A stretch of DNA of 64,000 nucleotides from Macrostomum lignano (taxonomy: Eukaryota): contig NIVC01003335.1 in assembly GCA_002269645.1 (NCBI GenBank), positions 37,787 to 101,786 of the forward strand, given 5' to 3'. The first letter of the stretch is position 1; the number at the start of each line of letters is the position of its first letter. The position numbers were made by a program, and so were the translations under genes. Positions 43,761 to 57,414 of this stretch are shown piece after piece. Below the pieces are notes generated by a model that was not told where the DNA came from, searched no databases, and saw only the letters and a list, made by a program, of their open reading frames with translations.

Positions 43761-45604
43761 AGTGTACACCCGCTGGCTACGCTGGACTCAAAGGGGTATT
43801 GGCCTTGCATGCTGCTATTAGCTGCCGCAGCTTGAGGGCGGCACACACTAATTGAATGCCACTTGGATTTGAGGACACGCTAGGCTTGAAAATGAAATAA
43901 CTCTGCAGTGAAATTCCCCAGAAAATTAAACAATTCAATGGACTAAATCGATACCGTATTCTATTGTATTGTACGTATTGTACTAGATGCGAGATCGAAC
44001 TATAAAAAAGTACTACTCTCGGAACTTCCCCTCCCTAAGTCTTGGAGTCTTCATAGCGTTAAAGAGCTTATTACGAGCATCTGTCAATTGATAGCTTAAT
44101 TAATATATGAATATCAACTTCAGGTCTTTTAGTCGGAGTGTACGTCATATCGCTGTTGGAGATTCTGTAACTTGTCGTCCAGCTGCTGCAGCTGATCGCC
44201 TTCAGAGTACGACCAGCTGCTTCAAAGAATTCCGCAGATTCAGCTGCAGTGCTGTGTCAATGGAGGACGCTGAAAGCAAGACCCAGCAAGCGTCCAAGAA
44301 TTCACACTCAGCAGCTCAACTTTTAGAGGCTGCTCGGCCTTCTCAACAGATGTGCCGCCGCCGAATCCGCCTTCAATTGCGGCGAGCCGCCCGGAAGAAG
44401 CCGGTGAAAGGAACTAATTCAACCCTGGCCTTCCTCGATTACGACAGGTTTTTATTAGCGAAAGCAATAATGGCCTTGAAGTGATACATTTTGAAAGTAT
44501 GGATGAACTTTATAGAGCATGGTCTATCCTGATCACATAATTAACGTAATGCAGTGTGGTGTCTGGCCTGTGGAGTGCTCTTGTACTTTTTGAGTTGTTT
44601 TGCGTGCGCCCTAGGCGGCCATCCCCAGACCAGTTCTGGCTGGATGGGGGAGGGGGCGCTCGGCCCGGCTTGAGTCTTTCCCCGCGGCGGCCACTGATTG
44701 GCTGGGCTTGTGTTTTTGTGTTTTTCTTTTCTAGCCCCCATTCAGTCAGATCTGCTCGGCGGCACGCTGATTGGCTGAGAGGTCATTTCTTTTGTTTGGC
44801 GTTTCTCTCTCTCTCACGCTGTCTGCCCCTCTACCCTGTTTAAATGGTATATAGTGCTCAAGCCTGGCCCAGCTCTTCTGAGGCCTTGCCGTAGCAGTGG
44901 TTTCATAGCTAGAGCGTCATCACGCCTGCGACTGTGACCACTGCAGCACAGCAGTGTTGTATATTGTGTATTATTGTAGTACTGTACCGGTTACTTTATA
45001 GTGTACAACCTACAGTATCGAAACTAGAAGCACTCGAGAGTGTCACTACACCTCGAGACGCAGCGTGAACTCTGAGTGTCCCGACACCAGAGGGATCGAC
45101 CCATTATCGCAGAGCGTCGTCACGCCTGCTCGTATCCATAAAAGTACCGACAGCGTCACTACGCCTGTTATACGAGTATTTTGTATAACATGTTGTACAT
45201 TGGCTTTGCACTTACCTGCCAACTAGTGTCTTTTTGCTGTCAATCTCGAAGTCATAGCCGATGATCGGGGACACTGCTGGGACTAGATCGCATTGGCCAT
45301 GTAGGTACAGAGGGGACTTGTGCAGGGGATTCTTGCAGTGGCGAGTCTATGGGGTAGCTACATGTACTATTACATTGCTAAATACGAAGAATTGTACTTT
45401 TGTCCTTCAACGCACCAACTAGCCTCTCATAGCGCTGATGATAGACTAACTCGAACTTCAGAGACCGCATGATTCATTACCCGAGCCGCTTGGCTAACCT
45501 AAAGTGCACAGAGTACATCTCTGGAGCCGATTCTGCACTATTGGCAATTTCGCTAACTGATTTGATAGATTGATCGACTGAGAACTGCTTTGCCATTGGT
45601 CCAC

Positions 45605-46351
45605 TGTGACCGGCACCTACTAGCTTAGCCACTCATCTGAGCCATCGGCGAACAAAGAAATAAAACCGATAAAATAACTGTCAGATTTAACCTTCTCCTT
45701 AAATCACTTCACACCTCAGATTGAATTGGAGTTTCAGACTACTAGCAGTATTATTGAATGACTTCTGCCTCAGCGACAGCACTACTGAACAAAATGAGCA
45801 AAAGAGTAAATGAGCAAAAATTCAGCTACTGAAACAGGGGACAGATGGGGGATCACCCAATCAAGCAAGTCCAGGTAGCCTCTCACCCAACCAATCAGAA
45901 ACTCAACGGCCGGAGACCAGGTAATCCACAGTGACCGAATCGGCTTGATGCTCTGTAGCTCTAGACTCGGGATGATGCTGTCACAGTCTTCGCAGATAGC
46001 TAGCAGGCGATGCTCTTCGTTTGTTGTTCGCTGCTGATGACCGGGGGACTCGTCCTTGATGATGATGGGGGGAAGTCGCAATCCGGGGATCAAGAAACGA
46101 CGGTCGCGCTCCGGGAACCAGAAGTTGCGTGCTGGGCCCGAGCAAGTTGGAGTCCGAGCGGGCCGAAAACACCGGTTTAAATAGCCGCCAACTGGACCGC
46201 AGTTTGTTATAATGGAACACGTCGATTCTGATAGGCTGAGCCGATTTGTTAAAATGAGCGCCGAATTTTTTGATTGGCTAAGCTTGTTGCTACCCAGAAT
46301 CACGTGATCGGGAGATCCTATCAGTTCCCACAGGGTCGTAAATAGATGACA
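45605..46351 (-). mobile_element. Probable LTR of a retrotransposon
   Basis: Minus strand starts TGTCA and ends TCACA, followed by gTGG (PBS-like position). It contains CACGTG, CCAAT (about 46268) and TATTTAAA (about 46180) in U3-like order. No second LTR or TSD seen. Confidence 0.4.
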
Positions 46352-46929
46352 GGTGCGGCCATAAATCAATCAAAATCGCAACAAAATGATTTATGACTTT
46401 TCGCGTAGGATTGACAGAAATTAATGAAAAAATATACATTAGAAAGCTCTTATTAAATAGAAATTGAAGATAATGAAGAGAAATCACTAATCGCTAATCC
46501 CAAGGTACTTTTATGGGTAAAACGCATAGCTGTCAAAGCTGTCACACGCTTGAGTGAACACGAACAATAGGCTCTGACCCCATAAATCTTGATGGCCTGT
46601 CAAAATGATGAGAAAAAAGCTACCGCCCGCATCCTCTCAGACCATCTGGCGCCCGCCTCAACACTAAGTGAGGCGCAGGTGGCTGTCAGACCAGCTTCGA
46701 AAGCGATGATTTATGACCCAAAAAGCTGCGCCTATGTTATTATGACTACTAGTATGACCAAGCATTATATCTAGTATAGATCACAGATACTAAATACTGT
46801 ATAGATATAGGTTTATTATCTGTTTTATTATCTGTGGTATAGATTCTATGACAATTCGCAGAAAAAGGATAAAAATGCCCATTGCCCACTGTTAGTAGGC
46901 TGGTAAGTTTAGAGCCCATGTGCTAGCGC

Positions 46930-47760
46930 GGGGTTTGGAAAAAAGTGCGTCCTCATCATGGGCATATATCAAGGACGCCGGGAACGTGCTCATTATCGTG
47001 GACTCCTTCGGACTCCTTCTCTGGGTGGATTGAGGCATTCCCCAGTGGGTCGGGCGAAAACTTCATCGCTTCTTTGCGCACTGTGTTCTCTCGGTTCGGC
47101 GTATCCGAAACTGTGGTGTCAGACAACGCTCCGGAATTCACAGGCGATCCTGTCGGCACCTGACTGAAAGCTAATGGCGCGACAAAACTGGAATCCCCTC
47201 CATATTATTTTCAAGCGAACGGTTCAGCGGAACGAGCAGTTCAAACCGTGAAGGCTGCACTGCGCTCCTGGACTGAGCGCATCACCCGCCTGCCGTTCAT
47301 CTCCTTTCTGCAGAAGGTACTTATGCATCACCGCAACTCCGCCATGAGTCGAGGAAAAAGCCGAGTTGGTTTTTGGACGACGCCTGCCAGTTCCCGTGGT
47401 TTCAGCATTCGACCAAGGTGAGCCTGTTCTGTACAAACCATCCGATGCTGTTGGACAGCCCGCGAAATTCCTGATGACTGCGGGACGCAACACAGCCTGG
47501 GTTTTGGCGAATGGCCGCCTACAGTTTGCTAGCACAACCAAATCGCCATACCATGGTGCTGACATCGACGATGGTGAGGCGGAAGAGGGTGATGCTACAC
47601 CGGCAACGACCCCGGATGACAATGGACAGCATCCAACGTCCACGCTGAGACGGAGCTCAGCGTTCGGCAGCAACCGAACAGATTCACTCCATATAAACTC
47701 AGAACTCATACCTATAGCTAAGATCGTCACTAGTTTAAATGCGCTTAGTGTTTACTGATA
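46930..47760 (+). mobile_element. Degenerate Ty3/Gypsy integrase relic
   Basis: WIEAFP...IASLRTVFSRFGVSETVVSDNAPEFT...*LKANG...ESPPYYFQANGSAERAVQTVK (DDE core: SDN, ANG.AER), then LVFGRRLP. Contains frameshifts and stops. A purine tract ggaggggga follows at 47804-47812, then a possible LTR to about 48090. Confidence 0.8.
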
Positions 47761-49820
47761 TTTAAACTGTTCCACTATATGTACTTGTTTGCGGATCCCA
47801 TTCGGAGGGGGACATGAAGCGCATTGTAAATGCACTTAATAGTTATAGCTCATACTCGTATTTTGCCTATTAGCGTTTACCTCTTATTGCCCCATTCATT
47901 TATGTCTATGGCTACACCTTAATTAGAACCCTTGCTATTGCCTTCCCCTGAGCGTGTCTCCTCTCTAAGCGGCGCACGTATAAAAAGTGAAAGATTACGC
48001 GACATAGCAATCAAATACATGTAAGCACAGGATCACAAGACATAACAGTACATGTATCCACGGTCTGCACACTGGGTGCAGTTGAACATAGGGTCTGCCT
48101 CCTATCGAAAACAATAACAATTTTAATATGTAAAAAGTGGAAATTTCCTATCTCCATAGTGTATTTTTCGGCGAAAACAAGCCTCCTTAACATCATACAT
48201 GGAGTAGTCCTTGTTAGTATAATCTGTGCTTCCGGGTGGCTTCTGCACTCAGACCGGGGCTTCTGTGTCGGGTGATTGATTCGGCCAGCCGGTTGAGCCA
48301 ACGTCATTCACTATGCTTTCGCGTAATTACATAACCGTAAGACAGCCAGCCAGTCAGTCGCGACTTTGTCAGGCTGCGGGTCGGGCTGCGCGAAGGCACA
48401 GCCGTTCCTCACCTATGCCTGAATTTTTAAGGAACAGAAAATTGTTTAGTGCGAAAATTGTTTGACTAGAATTTATATTGACCTACTTTTTTCTGCAATA
48501 ATTCGCCTCGCAAGGTCTTTTTATTATATTTTTGTTATGCTTTATATACTATACATTTGAGGGCTCATGCGCGTCCGTGTAAGAGGATCTGGCCCTTGCC
48601 TAGCCGGCTGTAAGGCAGCGACAACAGCGGCAGGTGATTTGATCCACCAGTAGCTAGCCTAGTTGCCCAAATGGGACTTTCACATTGCTTGTTCTGGTTC
48701 CAGAACCAGAACCAATTTGTGAAGTATAACTTTTTGTCTCCATAACTAGAGGGAGATACGTGCTATAAAGTTTTTATTATTGAATGACAATCGCCAAGAA
48801 GAAAGTGAAAAATTGTGCTAATTGAGGTTGTTAAGGCAGTCAAACATTCAACAGAATTGAATAGTTATACTGCTGTTTTTCTTGGAAGATCCAAACCGAT
48901 TCTGATTCTGGAATTGGTATTATGAAAAGCCTCATGGAGTGGAGGCCGTGGTTGGACGGATCCTGTCTATGGCCAGCAAGCTGCACACGCGCATGTTTAA
49001 ATAACCATCTTTGCTCAACAATATTACAATATTAAAATAGTAAAATATTAAGTTATACTTAATAACTTAATACAGTTATAGCATGACACATTACACATAG
49101 CCCATACGGCCATAGGCCTAACTAATTTCAAACAAAAAATTGGTGGTTCTCAAAAAATAAAAAGGCTTAGGCAAAATTGGAAAATTGCCCAAGTTACTAA
49201 TAACAAGCTTAATAATAATATAATTGTTTTCTTTCTATTTAGTATTTATTTATTATCATCATTGTAAGGCCTACACATTTAACAAATAATAATAGGCCTA
49301 GGGCCTATTAGCATTGATAGATAGAATAGGCCTAGTGTAACTATGCCTAGGCCTATTGCAATATTTTTTCTTCTTTCTTTGAGTTTAGGCCTTATTTTAC
49401 TTTTAACAGTAATTTTATTGCATTGTTAAAGTGTTAATAATAAAAAAACTACTTTTTAAAATTTGCTTTTTCATGAATATTTAACAAGTCACAAGACCCT
49501 TGGCCTTAATGAAAAAATCTTTAGCTTAAAATGTCATTGTAAAATGCAAAGCCAAATAGACAATATATATAGCTGATACTATAGTATAGGCCTAATCTTT
49601 TTTTAATTTAAAATTAGGCTTAAATCATAATTCATCTTTTATAAGGGCCTATTAATATAGGCCATAGGCCGAGGCCTAGTAGGTAGGCCTATATTTGTTT
49701 GTTCTACTTTGGAAAACAATCTTACTCTTAATAGTAATACCAAATTATAGTAGGCCTAGGCTAGGCGCTAGGCCTAGCGCCCAGTGGTTTGGTTTATTTT
49801 CCTTTTATAATTGTTATCTA

Positions 49821-50053
49821 GGTTTATTTTTATACGTAGAGTGTGCGTATGCACCTTAAATTTAAAAATTGCACCCTGAAATTGAAACATAGATGCAGTT
49901 TAGGTAGGTGCAGTCTTATAACCTATTTATAACCTAATTTGCACTGCCTTGAAATAAGAAAAAAGAGAAATTGCACTTTAAGCCTTAAAATCGCACCATG
50001 AAAGTGAGCATAGGGTGCAATTTTGCACATTGTCTTTGGCAAAAAAGAAAACC
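49821..50053 (+). mobile_element. Dispersed 230-bp MITE-like repeat, copy 2
   Basis: Homologous to 800-1030. Confidence 0.65.
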
Positions 50054-50092
50054 CTGATTGTTATGCATTTTTCTTTTAAAATTTAATAAATA

Positions 50093-50538
50093 AATGGGTC
50101 ATTCTACAACAAGAGGGTCCTATCATGTTTGTGAACTTTAAGTTTAAGGGGGTAAGCACTTGTAACTTTTGAACCATAGGCCCTAATCAATATAACAAAG
50201 CTCAAAAAGCAATAGGCCCCTATGCCAAACTTCTAGTTATCTGTATTTCACATAGCTGTTTATGAATTCTAAAATAATTGAATTATAGACCTATAGTTAG
50301 AGAATATTTATAAACTATGCTGATAGTCATTTTTTATCACTAAATGACTGTCAGCATAGTTTATGCTCTGCTATGTGTTCAGTTGTTTTAGAATTCATAA
50401 GCAGCTATATGAAAAACATAGAATTAGAAGTTTGATATATATTGCTTTTTGCAACTTTGTTTTATCTAATTTAGTTCAATAGTTACAAGTGCTTAAAGTT
50501 CAAAAACACAATGGGACCCTCTTGTGGAATGACTCATT
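50093..50538. mobile_element. MITE with long imperfect TIRs
   Basis: aatgggtcattctacaacaagagggtcc versus the reverse complement aatgagtcattccacaagagggtccc; inner symmetry also seen for aagcacttgtaact/agttacaagtgctt. Confidence 0.65.
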
Positions 50539-52604
50539 ATTATACATTTTTGATAGTTAGTCTAATCTAATATAATATAGCCTAAGTAGTTATATGTACT
50601 AGTTTTAATTCTAGGCATTAGGCCTTATCAAGATTAGAGGGTTACACTTGTCATTTCATTCTTCTTAATATCTTTGACCTTTTGCATAGGCTTTTAATTT
50701 AAACTCATCTTTAGTATATTTCTATTTCTTATCACTATTCTTAGGTTATAGGATCTCGCTCAAAAGTTAATAATAGCTTTTTTAAACTATACAGGGCCTT
50801 TATTGATTATATAATGATTATTGAACCATTAAAGATTTAGCCTTAAGAAGAAATAGGTGAATAAGCAGTATTTGACACCCATTAATAAAATATTTTTGAA
50901 AATCTCTTTATCTTTTTAGATAGTCTCTTTTTATTATACTTAGCTTTAGTGCAAAAAGCTTTTTTATATTTTTTTCTTATTGAAAATTATATATTTTTAT
51001 TTTTCCTTTTTATATATTTTTGATAATTATAAACAAGAGTTAATTTTTATATTACTTTTAATTAGATTTTTGTATACTTGATAAGTTAAAAATGTGTTTT
51101 TGATTTAATCTTCTTAAACCATTTTATGTTATAATACTCCAATGAGAAATCAACACTAAAATTGATTTATTATATTTATAAACTCAATTAAAACTAAATG
51201 TGACATTATTGATGCTTGTATATTTAATTTTTATTTATAATTAAGCTTTTTTGTATGCATGCTTTGTATAGCCTTATAGGTAATGGTCTAATGCAATTTA
51301 ATCAAATGAACAGCTTTCCAAAATTAAGAAAATATATTAATTTAACTAAATAAATAATGCTTTTTGGTAAGGTAAAATAAGAGTATTGTAGAGCATTTAT
51401 TATTGGTATCATTTGTACTAATAAATATTTCTATTTATTAGATTTAATTTTTAATTTAATCATCATGAATCAGGGCATTAAAAGACAAACTGGGATATCA
51501 AAATGTTTAGTAAATACAAACAAAAAGGTTGTTTCAGTAGTATTAGCAGGCATAATAGACAGTTATAAAAATTAGGTAAGAAATCCAAGCAATACCCAGA
51601 TGCAAGCAATCCCTAGATGACATTGATTTGCCTATTCTTACAAGATCTGACTTGAGCTTCCCAATAAGTTCTTACTAGAGCCCACAAGATCTATACCATT
51701 CAAATGTATAAGCAGATCTTACATTATCTGCTAAGATCTTACAAGGCAAATCTGGAAAGATCTTGACCAAGATCTGCTAAAATATGCAAAGATCTATATG
51801 TAAGAAAACATGTTCAACTTGAATTTCTAAGCAGATCTGCAATGCCAAATTAATTAGCCTATTTATAAGTGTATGCCTGCTTAACTTTAGATGCTTAAAA
51901 ATATTTACTCATATTCAGCTCAAGCAAAAATTGATTGTCAAAGATGTGCAAAGAAGAATATTAGCAAAATTTAGTAAGATGCAAAGAAAAAACGCATGCA
52001 AATATACAATAATTTGAACATTGAAAACTATAAGTTATCAATTATTCATGGAAAAATCTAATGGCACTCTTATGAGGCAATAGAACTTTTATCCTTTATT
52101 TAATAATCAAAAAATTGCCCTTAATTATATCCTAGTTTATACAATTTAAACCCAATGATTATACCTTTAAAGAGTAAAGTTGAAACTATTTTAGTTTTAG
52201 TGTTTGTCCATTGACATACATTAAGAATTTATAGTAGCAAAAAACAAATATTATATTCAAGCATAAAAAATGTTAAATGGGGCAATTAAATGTGTGGATT
52301 TCAGTTGGCATAAAACAGCAATATATTAACATAAAAATATTACTAATTCAGTACAATGACTAATTACAGAAAGCATAAAACATAATCATGTGGGCAGCCA
52401 TGCATTCAACATAAAGTTAAGAAATACTTAAAACACAAAAAACTAAAAAACAATCAGTAACTAAAATAATAGTGTCTGCAGTGTGGACATAGCAGATTCA
52501 TCTGCTGATTGATGAGACAGTTAGAATCGATGGCAAACGTTTTTCAATACATATGGCACATGAGAGATCAATTTGGCAATTGCGAGATTGTAGTAGCGGC
52601 AGCG

Positions 52605-52710
52605 AAACTAGACTGAGATCAGCAAGACTAGACTGGGATTGGCAAGACTAGACTGAGATCGGCGAGACTAGACTGGGATCGGCGAGACTGGACTGGGATC
52701 GGTGAGACTG
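52605..52710. repeat. Short 20-bp tandem repeat
   Basis: (gactagactgggatcggcga) about 5 copies. Confidence 0.85.
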
Positions 52711-53028
52711 TGGCAGCGGTGTGGACGCAGAGTAATGTTTTGTTGTCATGTTGCAAGGAAAGCTAGCCAAGTAAAAAGTTTATTAGTTATAAAGATAGGT
52801 CAGCAATTTTACCCCATTAGTGTAGCAACGAAGGACGGGTAGAGCGCATCTGTTTTATCTGTTTTGACAGATAAATGTTGTATGTAAACATTGACGAATT
52901 GATTAGTTAACATACTGAACTTTTACTTGATACTTTACTACTAGTAGTTGTATGTAACTTGATTTGTATGTAGCAAAATGAATTATTGTATTTAATTTGA
53001 TTCCAGTTAACACAAAAGCAAATCTATA

Positions 53029-54530
<1,502 letters not shown>

Positions 54531-55379
54531 GCTTGAGAAAAAATATTTTTGACCAGATTGACCGCATTGGCGTCAAAAAAACGAAGTTAGTATTTTATTA
54601 AAATGTATTTGAATTTTAAATACAAACAATGATTTACTTTTATTTTATCTAATGTCATTCGTTTCTTAAACTTTTTTGCAACGACAGGTTTTATTAAAAC
54701 TAAGGTAAATATCTATTTATGTACTTTTATTGCAATCAAATTTTCACACCGGTTTCGCTAGTTTTTTTGTGTATAAATCATAATTCAATTTTTCGGCATG
54801 CATTTGTTCGCAGTTGCTAAAGTAGCTTGTAAATAAATTTTTCCTCTCAAACATGTCCCAGTGCTTATTTTATTTTTATTTATCGAATTTTAAAAAAATT
54901 CAACTTTTATTATAATTTGTCTAGAAAAATACACTTGAAATGTTTATTGTTCTACTATGAGTAGACTTTTGCGAGCATGACTTGAAGCTATATATATTTT
55001 TTGTGCAACAATTTGCTATTACGATTTATTACTGTACTGCTCAATGGTATTGCTATTGCAAGTTGCTTCCTAAACTGTGTGCCGTTTCCCACACACTGTA
55101 CTTTCTGCAACTAAGCGTGTTTACCTTTACTTTTTGTGTCAATGATTATCATAGTCGGGGCGAAGTTTTTCTGCTTTTTTTTCTCTTCTCGTATACAGTT
55201 GTGCAATAAAAATATATGTCGAATATTTTATAAGGCCACGCGATTGGCTTGTTTGTTAATTTGCTCTCCTTGTTATTTAATAATTATAAACAGTTAGAAT
55301 TATTCATTAAAGAAATTTTCTAAAGTTGACGTTGCAAGAGTGCAAAAGGGTTTTTAAGATCACATAGAATCAGTTTTCA

Positions 55380-56035
55380 TAGAATCTAGTAGAAGCAGGT
55401 TTTTTAGAATCCAAGATAATCACGTTTATAATGATGCAGAGTAGAATCGAGTTTCTAAGAATCCAGGAGAGTCAAATTTCTTATAATAGGGCAGAATCAT
55501 GTTTGTTAAAATCTAAGAGTAGAACCAGCTTTCTTAGAACCCAGAGTAGAATTAGCTTTCTTAGAATCCTGTAATTATCGAGTTTTGTTAGAATCCACTA
55601 GTTATCGAGTTTTCTTTGAATCCAGTAGTTATCGGGTTTTCTTAGAATCCAGTAATTATTGGGTTTTCTTAGAATCCAGTATTATAGAGTTTCTGAGAAT
55701 CCAGTAATTATCGGGTTTGCTAGAATCCAGTAATACCGGGTTTCTTAGAATCCAGCATTATCAATTTTCTTAGAATCCAGCATTATCAATTTTCTTAGAA
55801 TCCAGAATTATTAAGTTTCTTAGAATCCAGCATTATCAAGTTTCTTAGAATACAGCATCATCGGGTTTCTTAGAATCCAGCATTATCAAGTTTCTTAGAA
55901 TCCAGCATTATCGAGTTTCTTAGAATCCAGCATTATAAAGTTTCTTTAGAATTCAGTGTTATCAGGTTTCTTAAAATGCTGAGTAGAATCAGGTTTATTG
56001 GAATCTAGTAGAATTCTTTTTCCTGGAAATCAGTA
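55380..56035. repeat. About 25-bp minisatellite immediately upstream of ABCB7
   Basis: (ttcttagaatccagcattatcaagt)n. Confidence 0.9.
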
Positions 56036-56106
56036 GAAAGCTGCGTAATAAAGTTCATAAACAATGCTGCAATCCAAATATACTACTTATTACACGACAA
56101 CGCCAG

Positions 56107-57195
56107 TCGCTAATTGGGTGCTCTCGGGTTCTGCTGGCCAATCGCCTCCTGCTGGGCCGGTTGCCGCCGCCGCCCGCAGTCAGCCTGGTACTGCAGTATT
56201 CTCGTTGCTTAGCAACGCGTCGTCAGCTGCCGGACGCTGGCCAGCAATCGCAGCAGCAGCAACAGAAAAGTAATCAGAGCCGCAGGCTGTGCAGCTCACA
56301 CGGCCATATCGACTCAAGTCTAGGCGGCACCAACATCGACGCTAAACAGTCCGTTCGATCCACAGAATGGGGCACCGTGAAGTACATGCTAAACTTTGTC
56401 TGGCCGAAAGATAAACCGGGAATCCGGGCCAGAGTGCTGCTAGCTTTGGGCCTGCTAGCCGGATCTAAGCTGGTTAATGTGCAGGTGAGCGTCTAAGTGT
56501 CTGAGCGTCCGGCTCTCGCGCCACAACTCCCCTCCCCTTGCCCCCTGGGTTTTGGGGCCTTTGGTGCGCGAAGCTTGGCCAAGGGGTTGACTTTCATGCC
56601 TGTACACCCTGTGTGAGCGTGTGCATGAGTGCGTGCCTGCGTACAGTACTGGCGCGCTTGCATGTACTCCGGGAGTCGGCAGAATGGGCAGAATTGCCGT
56701 CAGCGCTGGCTGTGGGACAAAGTCGCCAAAGGCGTTGTTCCAGTGTGCCCGCAGCCTTCCCGAATATATTTATTTTTGTAAACTGAACTTCAATTCATGC
56801 TGTCTGCCTTTCTGTCATAGTGTCTGTCTGTGCCTGTGTGTCTGTCTGTCTGTCTGTCTGCCTTTCTTGCTGTCTTAGTGTCTGTCTGTCTGTGTGTCTG
56901 TCTGTCTGTGTGTCTGTCTGTCTGTCTGTCTGTCTGCCTTTCTTTCTGTCTTTGTGTCTGTCTGTCTTTGTGTCTGTCTGTCTGTCTGTCTGTCTGCCTG
57001 TCTGTCTGCCTGTCTGTCTGTCTGTCTGCCTTTCTTTCTGTCTTTGTGTCTGTCTGTCTTTGTGTCTGTCTGTCTGTGTCTGTCTGTCTGTCTGTCTGCC
57101 TTTCTTTCTGTCTTTGTGTCTGTCTGTCTGTCTGTCTTAGTATGTCTTTCTAGATCTGTCTGCTTGCCTGTCTGTCTGTCTGTCTGTACTCTGTG

Positions 57196-57244
<49 letters not shown>

Positions 57245-57303
57245 TAGTGTGTCTTTCTAGATCTGTTTGCTTGCCTGTCTGTCTGTCTGTCTGTCTGTGT
57301 GTA

Positions 57304-57334
<31 letters not shown>

Positions 57335-57365
57335 TAGTGTGTCTTTCTAGATCTGTCTGCTTGCC

Positions 57366-57414
<49 letters not shown>

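Noticed and set aside
44107-44484. 125-aa ORF
   Set aside because: No recognisable domain, splice context or codon-bias evidence that I can support.
45300-45390. GDSCSGESMG resembling a trypsin GDSGG motif
   Set aside because: Short, flanked by stops, with no other protease motifs.
45782-46369. 195-aa minus-strand ORF as an env-like gene
   Set aside because: It starts at TTG and overlaps CCAAT/TATA elements; better explained as LTR sequence.
48560-48650. HDV-like ribozyme fold (ggatc/gatcc, ggc/gcc pairings)
   Set aside because: No proper P1 partner nearby and no catalytic C in J4/2.
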